From positions 10,448 through 74,447 of the IMG/VR virus record IMGVR_UViG_2636416187_000004: DNA of 64,000 nucleotides; one strand, 5' to 3'. Both the position numbers and the translations under genes were made by a program. The stretch comes from a virus. Taxonomy: Duplodnaviria > Caudoviricetes. The notes beneath the pieces are model-generated. The model was not told the origin of the DNA and did not search any database. It saw only the letters and a list, made by a program, of their open reading frames with translations. Shown here piece by piece: positions 19,656 to 29,230 of the stretch; positions within the stretch are counted from its first letter, which is position 1; every line of letters starts with the position of its first letter.

Positions 19656-19709
19656 TCGAATGCGATCACCGACCCCGCCAAGTGCGGGGTTTGTTGTTTC
19701 TGGAGCCCT

Positions 19710-20411
19710 ATGAATTACAACACTGATATTCAGAAGCTCGAGCCGGGCAACCAAATCCGACTGTTCGAGCTCGATGCCACGCGCCTGGGCGCAAATATCT
19801 GGCGCTTCCATGGCCACGCCCAAGAGGGAGACATCATTTGGCAGGGGCAGGTTTACTCCCCGATCCAGATCACCGCGAAGGGCTTCGATATTCGTGGTGA
19901 TGGCCGGCCGGCAACGCCGACACTCCAAGTAGTCAACGAGCTGGACGGTGTCCCTGGAGCCATCACGGCGCTGTGTTTGCAGTTCCGCGACCTTGCTGGC
20001 GCCAAGGTTCGAGTCATCGAGACGTTCAGGCATTTCCTCGACGCGGCCAACTTCCCCGAGGGCAACCCGGACGCCAGCGACCAGAGCAAAGTCAACCTCT
20101 GGTACATCGAGCAGAAGACGGAAGAAACGCGCGCCGCGGTGGTGTTCTCGTTGTCGAGCCCCACGGACATGGAGGGGCAGCAACTGCCATCCCAGCAGAT
20201 CACCAAGCTCTGCCGGTGGGCCTGCCGGGGTGGTTACCGCGGCGAGGCCTGCGCCTACATGGGCGGCGCGATGTTCACCAAAAAGAACGAACCCACCGAC
20301 AACCCTGCGCTTGATCGCTGTGGCGGCTGGTGGAGCAGCTGCAAGCTACGCGGCAACACTCGCCGGTTCGGCGGCTCAATGGGCGCGAGCCTGATCACCA
20401 GTTCGAGGTAA
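19710..20411 (+). CDS. Minor tail protein L-like
   Basis: Cys cluster C.W..YRGEAC.Y..DRC...SSCKLR. Confidence 0.9.
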   Translation: MNYNTDIQKLEPGNQIRLFELDATRLGANIWRFHGHAQEGDIIWQGQVYSPIQITAKGFDIRGDGRPATPTLQVVNELDGVPGAITALCLQFRDLAGAKVRVIETFRHFLDAANFPEGNPDASDQSKVNLWYIEQKTEETRAAVVFSLSSPTDMEGQQLPSQQITKLCRWACRGGYRGEACAYMGGAMFTKKNEPTDNPALDRCGGWWSSCKLRGNTRRFGGSMGASLITSSR

Positions 20412-20414
20412 TCC

Positions 20415-21197
20415 ATGCGCATCAATAAACAGCTGCAGGACGCGATTCGCGCCCACGCGGCGCAGGCGTATCCGGCAGAAGCCTGCGGCCTGCTGATCAG
20501 CACCGCCTGCGGTCGTGAGTACGTGCCATGTGTCAACCGGGCAAAGACCGATCGCGAAAACTTCCAAATCTGCGAGCGCGACCAGGCCGCGGCAGAGGAT
20601 CGCGGCGAGGTGCTGGCCATCATCCACAGCCATCCTGACAAAGCGCCGATACCGAGCATGGCCGACCGGGTCAGCTGCGAGTTGCACGAATTGCCCTGGG
20701 GTATCGTTGGATGGCCCGGTGGCGAGTTCGAATGGTTCAAGCCGTCGGGTTTTCAGGCCCCGCTGTTGGGCCGCGACTTCTCCCATGGCCTGCTCGATTG
20801 CTGGGCGGCGTGCCGCGACTGGTACGCACGCGAGGCAGGGCTGCTGTTGCCGAACTTCGAGCGACACGATCTGTGGTGGGAAGACGAAGCCGGCCCGAGC
20901 CTCTATGAGGACAACTTCAAGGCCGCGGGCTTTTACCAGGTGAGCGAGGCGCGCCGCGGCGACATGCTGGTGTTGCAGATCCCGACGCCGGGCCGCAACT
21001 GTTTCCACCCGAACCACGCCGCGATCTATCTGGGCGACGAGCCGGCACTGGTCAGTGAGCCTGCGGCCACCCTGGGGGGCGCTGGACCGTTCATTTACCA
21101 CCACATGGCCGGGCGCCTTGCCGGTCGTGAGATTTACGGCTGGTCGATGGCCAACCGGGTAAAGCTGATTCTGCGGCACAAGGACTATCGACCATGA
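20415..21197 (+). CDS. Tail assembly protein K (JAB + NlpC/P60)
   Basis: EACG, HSHPD, DCW, NHAAIYLG. Confidence 0.9.
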   Translation: MRINKQLQDAIRAHAAQAYPAEACGLLISTACGREYVPCVNRAKTDRENFQICERDQAAAEDRGEVLAIIHSHPDKAPIPSMADRVSCELHELPWGIVGWPGGEFEWFKPSGFQAPLLGRDFSHGLLDCWAACRDWYAREAGLLLPNFERHDLWWEDEAGPSLYEDNFKAAGFYQVSEARRGDMLVLQIPTPGRNCFHPNHAAIYLGDEPALVSEPAATLGGAGPFIYHHMAGRLAGREIYGWSMANRVKLILRHKDYRP

Positions 21198-21778
21198 AAC
21201 GCACCATCAAGCTCGGCGGTGTGCTGGGCAAGCGCTTCGGGCGCGAGTACGTCCTCGATGTCAACGGCGTGCTGGATGCCATGAGCGCCCTGTGCAACCT
21301 GAAACCGGGATTCGAGCGGTTCATGCGCACCGCAGAGGAGCGGGGCCTGGTCTTCGCTGTGTTCGTCGACGAACGCAATATCGCCCAGGAAGAACTGGGC
21401 ATGAAAGACTCCGGCGCCGGCGCTATCCGCATCATGCCGATCATTCAGGGCAGCAAGCAGGCTGGCATGTTTCAGACCCTGCTTGGCGTGGCGCTGATCG
21501 TCGCGGGCATGTTCACCGGCGGCACCACCTCGGCGCTGGGCATGGGATTGCTCGCCACCGGCGCAGCTGTCGGATTGGGCGGCGTGGTGCAGATGCTTTC
21601 GCCAACCACCAAGGCTAACACCAGCGACCGCAACGAAGACGGCAACAACCCCAGCTACGGATTCGGCGGCGCGGTGACCACCATCGCTCAAGGCAACCCA
21701 TATCCGCTGCTCTATGGCGAGCGAGAAATAGGCGGGGCTATCGAGTCCGGCGGCATCTACACCCAAGACAACATTTAA
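21194..21778 (+). CDS. Tail assembly protein I
   Basis: LGKRFGR..AQGNPYPLLYG. Confidence 0.9.
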   Translation: MKRTIKLGGVLGKRFGREYVLDVNGVLDAMSALCNLKPGFERFMRTAEERGLVFAVFVDERNIAQEELGMKDSGAGAIRIMPIIQGSKQAGMFQTLLGVALIVAGMFTGGTTSALGMGLLATGAAVGLGGVVQMLSPTTKANTSDRNEDGNNPSYGFGGAVTTIAQGNPYPLLYGEREIGGAIESGGIYTQDNI

Positions 21779-21800
21779 CTCGCATTGTGGATGCCTGATA

Positions 21801-22209
21801 TTAGATCTTGTTTTTGCTGCTGTTGGGCGAGGTCGGATTGTTGTTTCGCGAGTCATTGGAACTCGCATTTTGCTGTTTTTCTGGAGCTTGCTGGGCTCGA
21901 TCTGGAAGGGGGGTTCTGAGCGTTTCAGACTTTAACCATTCCATCTCGCGCAGAGTCACCTTTGCAAATAGAGACGTGGCTTCGGCTCTGGCTCCTCCCA
22001 GCTCATAAAACTCATGTGCCAGCTCGGTGCATCGACTTTTTGCGGGAATTGTTGTGTTTTTTATGTATTCGAGTATCGCTAATGCTTGTTTTGGGTCAGT
22101 GCATTTGAAATGAACGTAGTCCCCTTCCAGTACGTACCAGACTCCATTCGGCGCATCTTCAAGCGGTTCCCCATTAGCATTCGTTGGAAATAATGTAAAA
22201 ACAGTCATG
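21801..22209 (-). CDS. Antisense moron of unknown function
   Basis: AT-rich ORF with GGAG SD before MTVFTLF; sits between I and J. Confidence 0.65.
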
Positions 22210-22344
22210 ATTGAACTCCCTGTATTAAGACCGATGCTTATAGCAAGCTGACGGAAATGTTCACAGTCCTGCACCGATTTTTTACCAATCTAAATTGCTA
22301 TTTCCCCAACCCGCCTCGGCGGGTTTTTGCATTCAGGAGGGCGC

Positions 22345-25300
22345 ATGAGCGCAGCAGCAAAGAAGGCTTCGCGCGCGGCGCCGAGGAAACGCCGAGCAGT
22401 CACTGGCAGCAAGGGCGGGCAGGCCAAGCAGAAGCAGCCGAGCATCGCCACCAATAGCGTGCCATCGATCGCTACCGCGCGCATTGTTTACCTCTGGAGC
22501 TGGGGGCCAATTGTTGGTCCGGTGAACGGGCTACGCTCAATCAAGCTCGATGGTACCCCGGTGCAGGCCGAAGACGGCACGTTCAACTATCCTGGCGTGA
22601 AATGGCAGTTTCGCACTGGTGAGCTGAACCAGCCGCGGCTTGAGGGCATCTCGGAAGCCAGCAATGAAATTCAGGTCAACCAAGAGCTGCGCAGCACCAG
22701 CCCTTGGCTCCACAGCATCACCAATGCGCAGATCGATGCTGTGCGGATTCGCTTCGGTTGGCCACAGCTGCAGAGCCAGGATGCCAGCGGCAACATCAAC
22801 GGTGTTCGGATCGAATATGTCGTTGAGGTCTCGACGGACAGCGGCCCATATTTGCAAGTCCTGAGTTCGTTTGTTGACCGGAAAAACGTCACCAAGTACG
22901 AGCGATCGCATCGGATCGACTTGCCTGCCGGCAGTCGCTGGACGATCCGCGCCCGGCGCCTGACGCCAGAGGCGAACAGCTCACTGGTGCAAGACGGGAT
23001 GCTGGTCGAGGCTATTGCCGAGGTTGTCGATAGCGATCAGGAATATCCGCTGACCGCCGTGGGTTGCCTCGAGTATGACGCCCAGCAATTCGGCGGCGAT
23101 ATCGCCAAGGTCGCCGCCCTGATGCGCGGCCGCATTATTCGGGTACCGGCCAACTACAACGCCGAGACGCGCACCTATTCCACAGGTGGGCCCGGTACTA
23201 GTAACGGTGTTTGGGACGGCACCTTCAAGGAGGCTTACACCAACAACCCGGCGTGGATCTTTTACGACCTGGTGCTGCATCCGTATTACGGGCTAGGCGA
23301 GCGCATCGACGCCACAATGGTTGATCGCTGGTCGTTGTACCGAATTGCCCAGTACTGCGACCAGATGGTGCCGGACGGCAAGGGTGGCCAGGTTCCGCGG
23401 TTCACCTGCAACCTGTATTTCCAGAAGCAAGCCGAGGCGTACGCAGTGCTGCAGGATCTGGCCTCGATCTTCCACGGCATGGCCTATTGGGATGGGAGCC
23501 AGATCGTCGTCAATGCCGATATGCCTGGTGATCCGGTGTACACCTACAGTCCCGCCCAGATCCTGAACAACGGTGAAATCAAATACGAGGGCACTCGCGC
23601 GCGAGATCGGCATACGCTGGCCATGGTGTCCTGGGACAATCCGGACCAGGGTTTTGAGACCGACAAGGAGCCGGTATTTGATGATGAGGCCATGACCGAG
23701 CTAGGCATGGTGCGCGAGCTCTCAGTAGATGCCATCGGCTGCACATCGCTGGGGCAGGCTCAGCGCGCCGGCCAGTGGGCGCTGCTGACCGAGCAGTTGC
23801 AGACCCGCGGCGCCACCATGCGAGTGGGTTTGGATGGACAAATTCCGAAGCCTGGCCAAGTTATCGCGATAGCCGATCCATCACTGGCCGGGCGGGCGAA
23901 TGGCGGACGTATCTCGGCGGTCGCCGGCCGGGTCATCACGCTTGACCGGGACACTCCGGTTCCAGCAGGCGCTCGACTCCTCGTAAACCTGCCAAGTGGC
24001 AAATCGGAGGCCCGCGTAGTCCGGTCTGCTGTCGGCCGGGCGATCACTGTCATGGCGGACTACAGCGAAGCGCCGGTAGCCGAATGCGGGTGGGCGCTCG
24101 ATTACGACGACCTGAAGCTGATGCAGTTCTACGTGCGCAACGTTACGCGCCCCGAGTGGCACCAGTTTCAACTGGAAATGATTCAGCACGAACCCAGTAA
24201 GTTTGACGCGATCGACTTCGGCGCCGTGGTTGATACGCGCCCGATTACGGGGATACCCATCGGAACCCAGGCTGCGCCGGCTAGAGTGCTGATCAGTCAG
24301 AACGTTGTGATTGAGCAGGGTATTGCAGTCACCAGTATGTCGATCGCCTGGGACGCTGCGCCTGGCGTAGTCGGGTACGACGTCGAATGGCGCTGGGGGG
24401 CTCGGGAGTGGATCAAGGTTCCGCGCACCGGCGAGCTGATGGTCGACGTTCGCGGGATATATTCGGGTCAGTACTTGGCGCGTGTGCGCGCGGTCAGCGC
24501 CATGAATGTCTCATCGGTGCCAACCAACTCGGTATTGACTGACTTGCTTGGCAAAACCGGCTTGCCGCCGGCGGTCACGCATCTCGCCGCGACATCCTTG
24601 CTCTTCGGGATTGAACTCAAGTGGGGTTTTCCGGCTGGAGCAGAGGACACTCAGCGCACCGAGATTTGGTATGGCTCGTCACCGTCCCGAGAAGACGCCA
24701 TTAAGCTGGCTGATTTGGCTTATCCGCAGAACGACTACAGCATGCAAAGCCTGCTGGCGGGAGCCACCTTCTTCTTTTGGGCTCGGTTGGTGGATCGTAC
24801 GGGTAACGTCGGACCATGGTACCCAGAGGGGATTGGCGTATTGGGCCAAGCCAGTTCCGACGCTGGCCCGATCCTTCAACTGATCAAGGGGCAGATCACT
24901 GAGACTGAGCTCGGTGAGGACCTGTTGACCGAGATCGAAAAGATCCCGGGGCTCCAGGAGCAGATCGACAACATCGCCGATGCGCAGGAGTACAAACCGT
25001 CGTCGACCTATCTGAAAGGGGAGACAGTGCGCGTTGGGCGGCGCCTGTACTTGGCTTTGCAGGCTGTGCCAACAAACACGCCACCACCAAATCTCACCTA
25101 CTGGGAGGACATCGGTCAGGCGATCCAGGAGGCAAACGCGCTGGCCGCGCAGGTCTCGAAAAACACGCTGGATATTGAGCATCAGGGCGACCAACTGACC
25201 GCACAGGCTATCAAGCTCGACGGCGTATACGTGCAGGTGAATCCCGCGCTGGCGGGCGACACAGGCGGGTACGCGGGTTCAGATCAGGTCTACGCCGGCG

Positions 25301-25872
25301 TGTGGTCCGAGCAGTCGGCGCGGTTTGAAGAAGGCGTCGCGACGGCCAAGAAATTCGACACGGTCGAGGCTCAGGTAAACCAGACCAACGCGGTCGTGCA
25401 AACGACCAGCCAAGCAGTGGCCACGCTGGATGGCAAGGCCTCAACGATGTGGTCGGTGAAGATGCAGGTTACGGCAAGCGGACAGTACGTCACCGCCGGC
25501 ATTGGCCTGGGCATCGAGAACACCGGCGCCGGCTTGCAGAGCCAGTTCCTGGTCTCGGCTGACCGCTTCGCCATAGTGAACTCGATAGCCGGTGGAGCTG
25601 TGTCGGTTCCGTTCGCGGTGACGGGCGGGCAGGTGTTCATGAATTCCGCCTTCATCCAGGATGGCAGCATCACCATGCTGAAGATTGGTCAGTACCTGCA
25701 ATCGGACAACTACGTCGCGAACGTCCAAGGCTGGAGGCTCGATAAGGCTGGCAACCTTGAGTTCAATGGGCCAGCGCCGGGTGGCGGGCGACTGACAATG
25801 ACCAACCGGGCGATCAAGGTGTACGACTCGAACGGGGTGAAACGTGTGCAATTGGGAGATCTCGACGCATGA
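22345..25872 (+). CDS. Central tail fibre / host specificity protein J
   Basis: GGAGG SD; NNPAW, FN3-like region, DUF1983-like C-terminus. Confidence 0.95.
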   Translation: MSAAAKKASRAAPRKRRAVTGSKGGQAKQKQPSIATNSVPSIATARIVYLWSWGPIVGPVNGLRSIKLDGTPVQAEDGTFNYPGVKWQFRTGELNQPRLEGISEASNEIQVNQELRSTSPWLHSITNAQIDAVRIRFGWPQLQSQDASGNINGVRIEYVVEVSTDSGPYLQVLSSFVDRKNVTKYERSHRIDLPAGSRWTIRARRLTPEANSSLVQDGMLVEAIAEVVDSDQEYPLTAVGCLEYDAQQFGGDIAKVAALMRGRIIRVPANYNAETRTYSTGGPGTSNGVWDGTFKEAYTNNPAWIFYDLVLHPYYGLGERIDATMVDRWSLYRIAQYCDQMVPDGKGGQVPRFTCNLYFQKQAEAYAVLQDLASIFHGMAYWDGSQIVVNADMPGDPVYTYSPAQILNNGEIKYEGTRARDRHTLAMVSWDNPDQGFETDKEPVFDDEAMTELGMVRELSVDAIGCTSLGQAQRAGQWALLTEQLQTRGATMRVGLDGQIPKPGQVIAIADPSLAGRANGGRISAVAGRVITLDRDTPVPAGARLLVNLPSGKSEARVVRSAVGRAITVMADYSEAPVAECGWALDYDDLKLMQFYVRNVTRPEWHQFQLEMIQHEPSKFDAIDFGAVVDTRPITGIPIGTQAAPARVLISQNVVIEQGIAVTSMSIAWDAAPGVVGYDVEWRWGAREWIKVPRTGELMVDVRGIYSGQYLARVRAVSAMNVSSVPTNSVLTDLLGKTGLPPAVTHLAATSLLFGIELKWGFPAGAEDTQRTEIWYGSSPSREDAIKLADLAYPQNDYSMQSLLAGATFFFWARLVDRTGNVGPWYPEGIGVLGQASSDAGPILQLIKGQITETELGEDLLTEIEKIPGLQEQIDNIADAQEYKPSSTYLKGETVRVGRRLYLALQAVPTNTPPPNLTYWEDIGQAIQEANALAAQVSKNTLDIEHQGDQLTAQAIKLDGVYVQVNPALAGDTGGYAGSDQVYAGVWSEQSARFEEGVATAKKFDTVEAQVNQTNAVVQTTSQAVATLDGKASTMWSVKMQVTASGQYVTAGIGLGIENTGAGLQSQFLVSADRFAIVNSIAGGAVSVPFAVTGGQVFMNSAFIQDGSITMLKIGQYLQSDNYVANVQGWRLDKAGNLEFNGPAPGGGRLTMTNRAIKVYDSNGVKRVQLGDLDA

Positions 25873-26192
25873 GCCATGGACTGAGGATCTGGGGGGGCGA
25901 TGGGACTCTCCAATTCAACACGGACACAGCGACCTGGCGAATCGTCCTGTCCTCTCTGGTGTCATTCGCGGGCGCAGCAGGAAAGAGTACTCAGCAATTC
26001 TCTGTGCCCGGATGCAACGCAAATAACGCTGTCGCAATGGTTATCCCAGTAGGCGCGGCAGCGGCTGATGATCGTCAACTTGAGACGGAATTATCGGACG
26101 GCGTGGTCAATGTCAGGAACTACATCAACGGTTACGCGGGAGCGATGTTCTCCCACAGCACCATGCGATTGATTGTAATGAGGTGGTATTGA
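25869..26192 (+). CDS. Tail tip accessory protein
   Basis: MSHGLRIW start typical of post-J genes; overlaps J stop. Confidence 0.7.
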   Translation: MSHGLRIWGGDGTLQFNTDTATWRIVLSSLVSFAGAAGKSTQQFSVPGCNANNAVAMVIPVGAAAADDRQLETELSDGVVNVRNYINGYAGAMFSHSTMRLIVMRWY

Positions 26193-26857
26193 TGCCGGGA
26201 TTTGGTCTTTCAGTCGTAAATGATGCCGGGGTCATCAGCATCGACTCGGAGTACTCCAGGTTGTGCGTTCTCCAGATAGGGACCTACTCAGGCGGCGCCG
26301 GCAACGCGACGATCAGCTTCAATCCTGTAATTACCACGCAGGAACCGCCGCTGATCTTTCTCCGGCCGAATAACAACGGCGGCCTGGTCACAATTGGGTG
26401 CGGCACCCTCGGTTCTGCGGGAAATTGGACAGGGATCAATATCACTGGCCCAACCAACTATGCCCCGAACGGCAAATACTTTATCGGCGGGTTTGCACCA
26501 ACTCCAACCGCTTCGTTCGGGCTTCGATTGTGGGATGGCGCCTCGAAGCTCCTGTTCGACAGCGGAAAGCAGGCCGCTGTGTTCACTCGGTTTTATCAGA
26601 ACTGGACGTATGTGAAGTCGACCCAAGACGCGCAAGGCTTCTACACGAACTGGTATTCATCACCATTCAGCACTTCGGCTGATGAGTATTTGATGATCAA
26701 CAACGCAGGGATGCGGATGTTGTCCGGTGACAACGTGGGAAGAGGAACGGGGATCACCTACGACTTTGCCGCTTCTCAGCTCTGGTTCACCACTACCGCG
26801 CTGAACAATCCGTTCAACTTTTCATTGCCTGCCGTCTTCGCCAAACCCATTGCCTAG
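26192..26857 (+). CDS. Tail tip accessory protein
   Basis: FGL.V.ND.G..IDS and FGLRLWDG..LLFDS repeated modules. Confidence 0.7.
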   Translation: MPGFGLSVVNDAGVISIDSEYSRLCVLQIGTYSGGAGNATISFNPVITTQEPPLIFLRPNNNGGLVTIGCGTLGSAGNWTGINITGPTNYAPNGKYFIGGFAPTPTASFGLRLWDGASKLLFDSGKQAAVFTRFYQNWTYVKSTQDAQGFYTNWYSSPFSTSADEYLMINNAGMRMLSGDNVGRGTGITYDFAASQLWFTTTALNNPFNFSLPAVFAKPIA

Positions 26858-26898
26858 CGATTTCAGCTCAGGCGCACCGCTTCATCACGGGAAAAACC

Positions 26899-27495
26899 AT
26901 GTCAAAACAGACGATTAACCTCGGCACTGTGCCTACGGGGGCGGGCGGCGATACGCCTCGCAGCGCCTTCACCAAAACTCAGTCGAACATCGACGAACTC
27001 TATGCAGCGTTCGGCGCCACTGGTTCACCGCAGGCCCTGCCGGCTGCACTGCCAGTCGCCCTAGGCGGCACAGGGAACTCCACCGGCACTGCTCAGAAGC
27101 TTTTCGGCGCTGGAATGGTTGGCGCCGTTTCGCAGTCCGGGGGCGTTGCCACAGGCGCGGTCATGGAGTCCGGCACCAACGCTGCAGGCTCCTACATCCG
27201 CTACGCCGATGGCACGCAAATTTGCCACAAGCGCGTTTCGCTCGGTGGGGTGGCAATCGGCAGTCCGGCCGGTTCCGTTTTCTACAGCACCGTTGTGAAC
27301 CCTGGCGCATTCGCCGCAACATTTGTCGGGCTGCCGACAACCGAGGTTGTGGTGCAGAGCTCTTCGGGCTTGTGCTGGAGCACTGTAGCTGCCGACCCGA
27401 CAACCCTCCAGTTCGGGTCTATTTTCATCATCTCGCCGACCAGTACCTCGGTGACCATTATCCTGAACTGTTTTGCCATCGGGAGGTGGTTCTGA
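26899..27495 (+). CDS. Short side tail fibre protein
   Basis: INLGT.PTGAGGDTPRSAF; YIRYADGTQIC; C-terminal AIGRWF. Confidence 0.85.
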   Translation: MSKQTINLGTVPTGAGGDTPRSAFTKTQSNIDELYAAFGATGSPQALPAALPVALGGTGNSTGTAQKLFGAGMVGAVSQSGGVATGAVMESGTNAAGSYIRYADGTQICHKRVSLGGVAIGSPAGSVFYSTVVNPGAFAATFVGLPTTEVVVQSSSGLCWSTVAADPTTLQFGSIFIISPTSTSVTIILNCFAIGRWF

Positions 27496-28211
27496 TGATC
27501 ATTAAACTGATGTCCGTTCGAAACGATGAGTCCCTGGCTGTGGTGGTTGCCGGTGACGTTCTGACCGTGAATGGCCAGGCTTTTGATTTTTCGCAAGTGG
27601 GCCAGGGCGACACACTGCCGCGCCTGGCGATCAACTCCCCATGGTTTGACGCAGACGTTAAGCGCGTGAATGGGCAGCTGGTGGTCACGCTGCTGCTGCC
27701 AATTCCCGCGAATTACAGCCCAGAGCAGGCTTTCCCGGTACCGCTGCTGAATGTTCCGGATGGCGCAGTGCAGTTTCCGGCGCCGCTCCCGGTGGAAGGG
27801 GAACCGGCTGAACCGCGTGCTATGCCGGAGTTTCAGCAGGTCGTTGGCGCCATCGATTGGAGCCAGCTGGTCACGGCACAGATGAAGGCGGCCACCGCCG
27901 CCGCGGCGCAGCTCATGCAGATGAAGGCTGTTCTGGCCAGCAAAAACGCGTCGGCCAACGCGCAGATCCTGCGTATTCAGGATCGCGTCGACACGCTGGG
28001 TTATGGCATCGACGCGGGCGAGGCAACAGAGGCTGATGAAGCCGAGCAGGCCGCGCTGCTGGTTAGCCTGAAATCCTGGAAGGCCTACAAATTTTCGCTG
28101 GGCAAGGTCACCAGCCAACCAGCCTGGCCCACCGCGCCGGCATGGCCAGCCGAACCGCCTATTCCTGAAATCGAAGCGTCTCCGATGGCGCGAACGCCTG
28201 ACGCCGCCTGA
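27495..28211 (+). CDS. Tail fibre assembly/chaperone-like protein
   Basis: LTVNG..FDFS.V..GDTLP; C-terminal WKAYK..WP..P. Confidence 0.75.
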   Translation: MIIKLMSVRNDESLAVVVAGDVLTVNGQAFDFSQVGQGDTLPRLAINSPWFDADVKRVNGQLVVTLLLPIPANYSPEQAFPVPLLNVPDGAVQFPAPLPVEGEPAEPRAMPEFQQVVGAIDWSQLVTAQMKAATAAAAQLMQMKAVLASKNASANAQILRIQDRVDTLGYGIDAGEATEADEAEQAALLVSLKSWKAYKFSLGKVTSQPAWPTAPAWPAEPPIPEIEASPMARTPDAA

Positions 28212-28268
28212 GTTTTTGCACAACCCGTCCACCCGCCGACGTGCGGGTATTTTTTTGCCTGGAGAAAA

Positions 28269-28694
28269 ATGATGCCTGTAACTGAGAAAGACCGCGACAT
28301 CCTTGCCCGCACGTTGTGGGGTGAGGCGCGCGGCGAAGGGGCTGCCGGCCAGGTTGCGGTGGCCTGGGCGATCAAAAACCGCGTGTTCGATGGCAAGACC
28401 AATTCGTGGTGGGGGGAGGGCTACGCCGGCGTCTGCCAGAAGCCGTACCAGTTCAGCTGCTGGAACAAGACTGATCCGAACTATCAGTTCCTGATCGGCG
28501 TGAAGGAAATCCCGTTCCGTGAGCTTGCGCAATGCCGAATCGCTGCTGACCAGGTGATCGACGGCAAGGTGCCCGATCCTACCGGCGGCGCCACGCATTA
28601 CTACGCCACCAGCATCAAGGCGCCGGCCTGGGACGCGAAAGCGAAGCAGACCCTCAAGCTCGGCGGCCATGTCTTCTTCAAGGATGTGCTGTGA
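28269..28694 (+). CDS. Endolysin, SleB/Hydrolase_2 family
   Basis: LARTLWGEARGE, QFSCWN, TGGATHYY, GGHVFF. Confidence 0.9.
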   Translation: MMPVTEKDRDILARTLWGEARGEGAAGQVAVAWAIKNRVFDGKTNSWWGEGYAGVCQKPYQFSCWNKTDPNYQFLIGVKEIPFRELAQCRIAADQVIDGKVPDPTGGATHYYATSIKAPAWDAKAKQTLKLGGHVFFKDVL

Positions 28695-29206
28695 GCCCGG
28701 CGGTGTGGAAGGCGGTCGGCGCGCTGGCTCTGGTTCTGCTCGGCGCCGGCAGCGCCTGGCAGCTTCAGGACTGGCGGTATGGGGCGCAGTTGGCAGAACA
28801 GGGACGGCTGCACACCGAAACCCTCAATCAGCTGGCTATAGTCGGCGCCGCCGCGCAGAAGACTGACCAGGATAAACGCCTGGCGCTCGAGCAACGCCTG
28901 TCGGCCAGTGAACAAACCTACTACAAGGAACTGAGCGATGCTCAAACGAACCAGGCGCGCCTGCGCGATCGCCTTGCCACTTCTGATTTGCGGCTGTCAG
29001 TCCTTCTCGACGCCACGGATTCAGCCAGTGGCTGTTCAGTGCCAGCCGGTACCGGCGCCGGCGGCGTGGTTCATGGAGGAGCGCGCGCCCGACTTGACCC
29101 AGCGCATGCTCAACGAATTGTCAGCATTACCGATCATGGAGATCAAGGACTAATTGCTCTACGCGCGTGCCAATCATATGTAAAGAACGTGCTGTTTATT
29201 AGATGA
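28691..29206 (+). CDS. i-spanin Rz
   Basis: N-terminal TM, coiled coil, LRACQ.YV. Confidence 0.85.
   Translation: MSPAVWKAVGALALVLLGAGSAWQLQDWRYGAQLAEQGRLHTETLNQLAIVGAAAQKTDQDKRLALEQRLSASEQTYYKELSDAQTNQARLRDRLATSDLRLSVLLDATDSASGCSVPAGTGAGGVVHGGARARLDPAHAQRIVSITDHGDQGLIALRACQSYVKNVLFIR
28938..29153 (+). CDS. o-spanin Rz1 (embedded lipoprotein)
   Basis: Lipobox LICGC, Pro-rich, nested in Rz in another frame. Confidence 0.8.
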   Translation: MLKRTRRACAIALPLLICGCQSFSTPRIQPVAVQCQPVPAPAAWFMEERAPDLTQRMLNELSALPIMEIKD

Positions 29207-29230
29207 TGGTCATTCAATAACTATTTTGAT

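Noticed and set aside
27300-27495. Diversity-generating retroelement TR/VR pair with 59189-59384
   Set aside because: No reverse transcriptase in the window, and differences are few and not adenine-specific.
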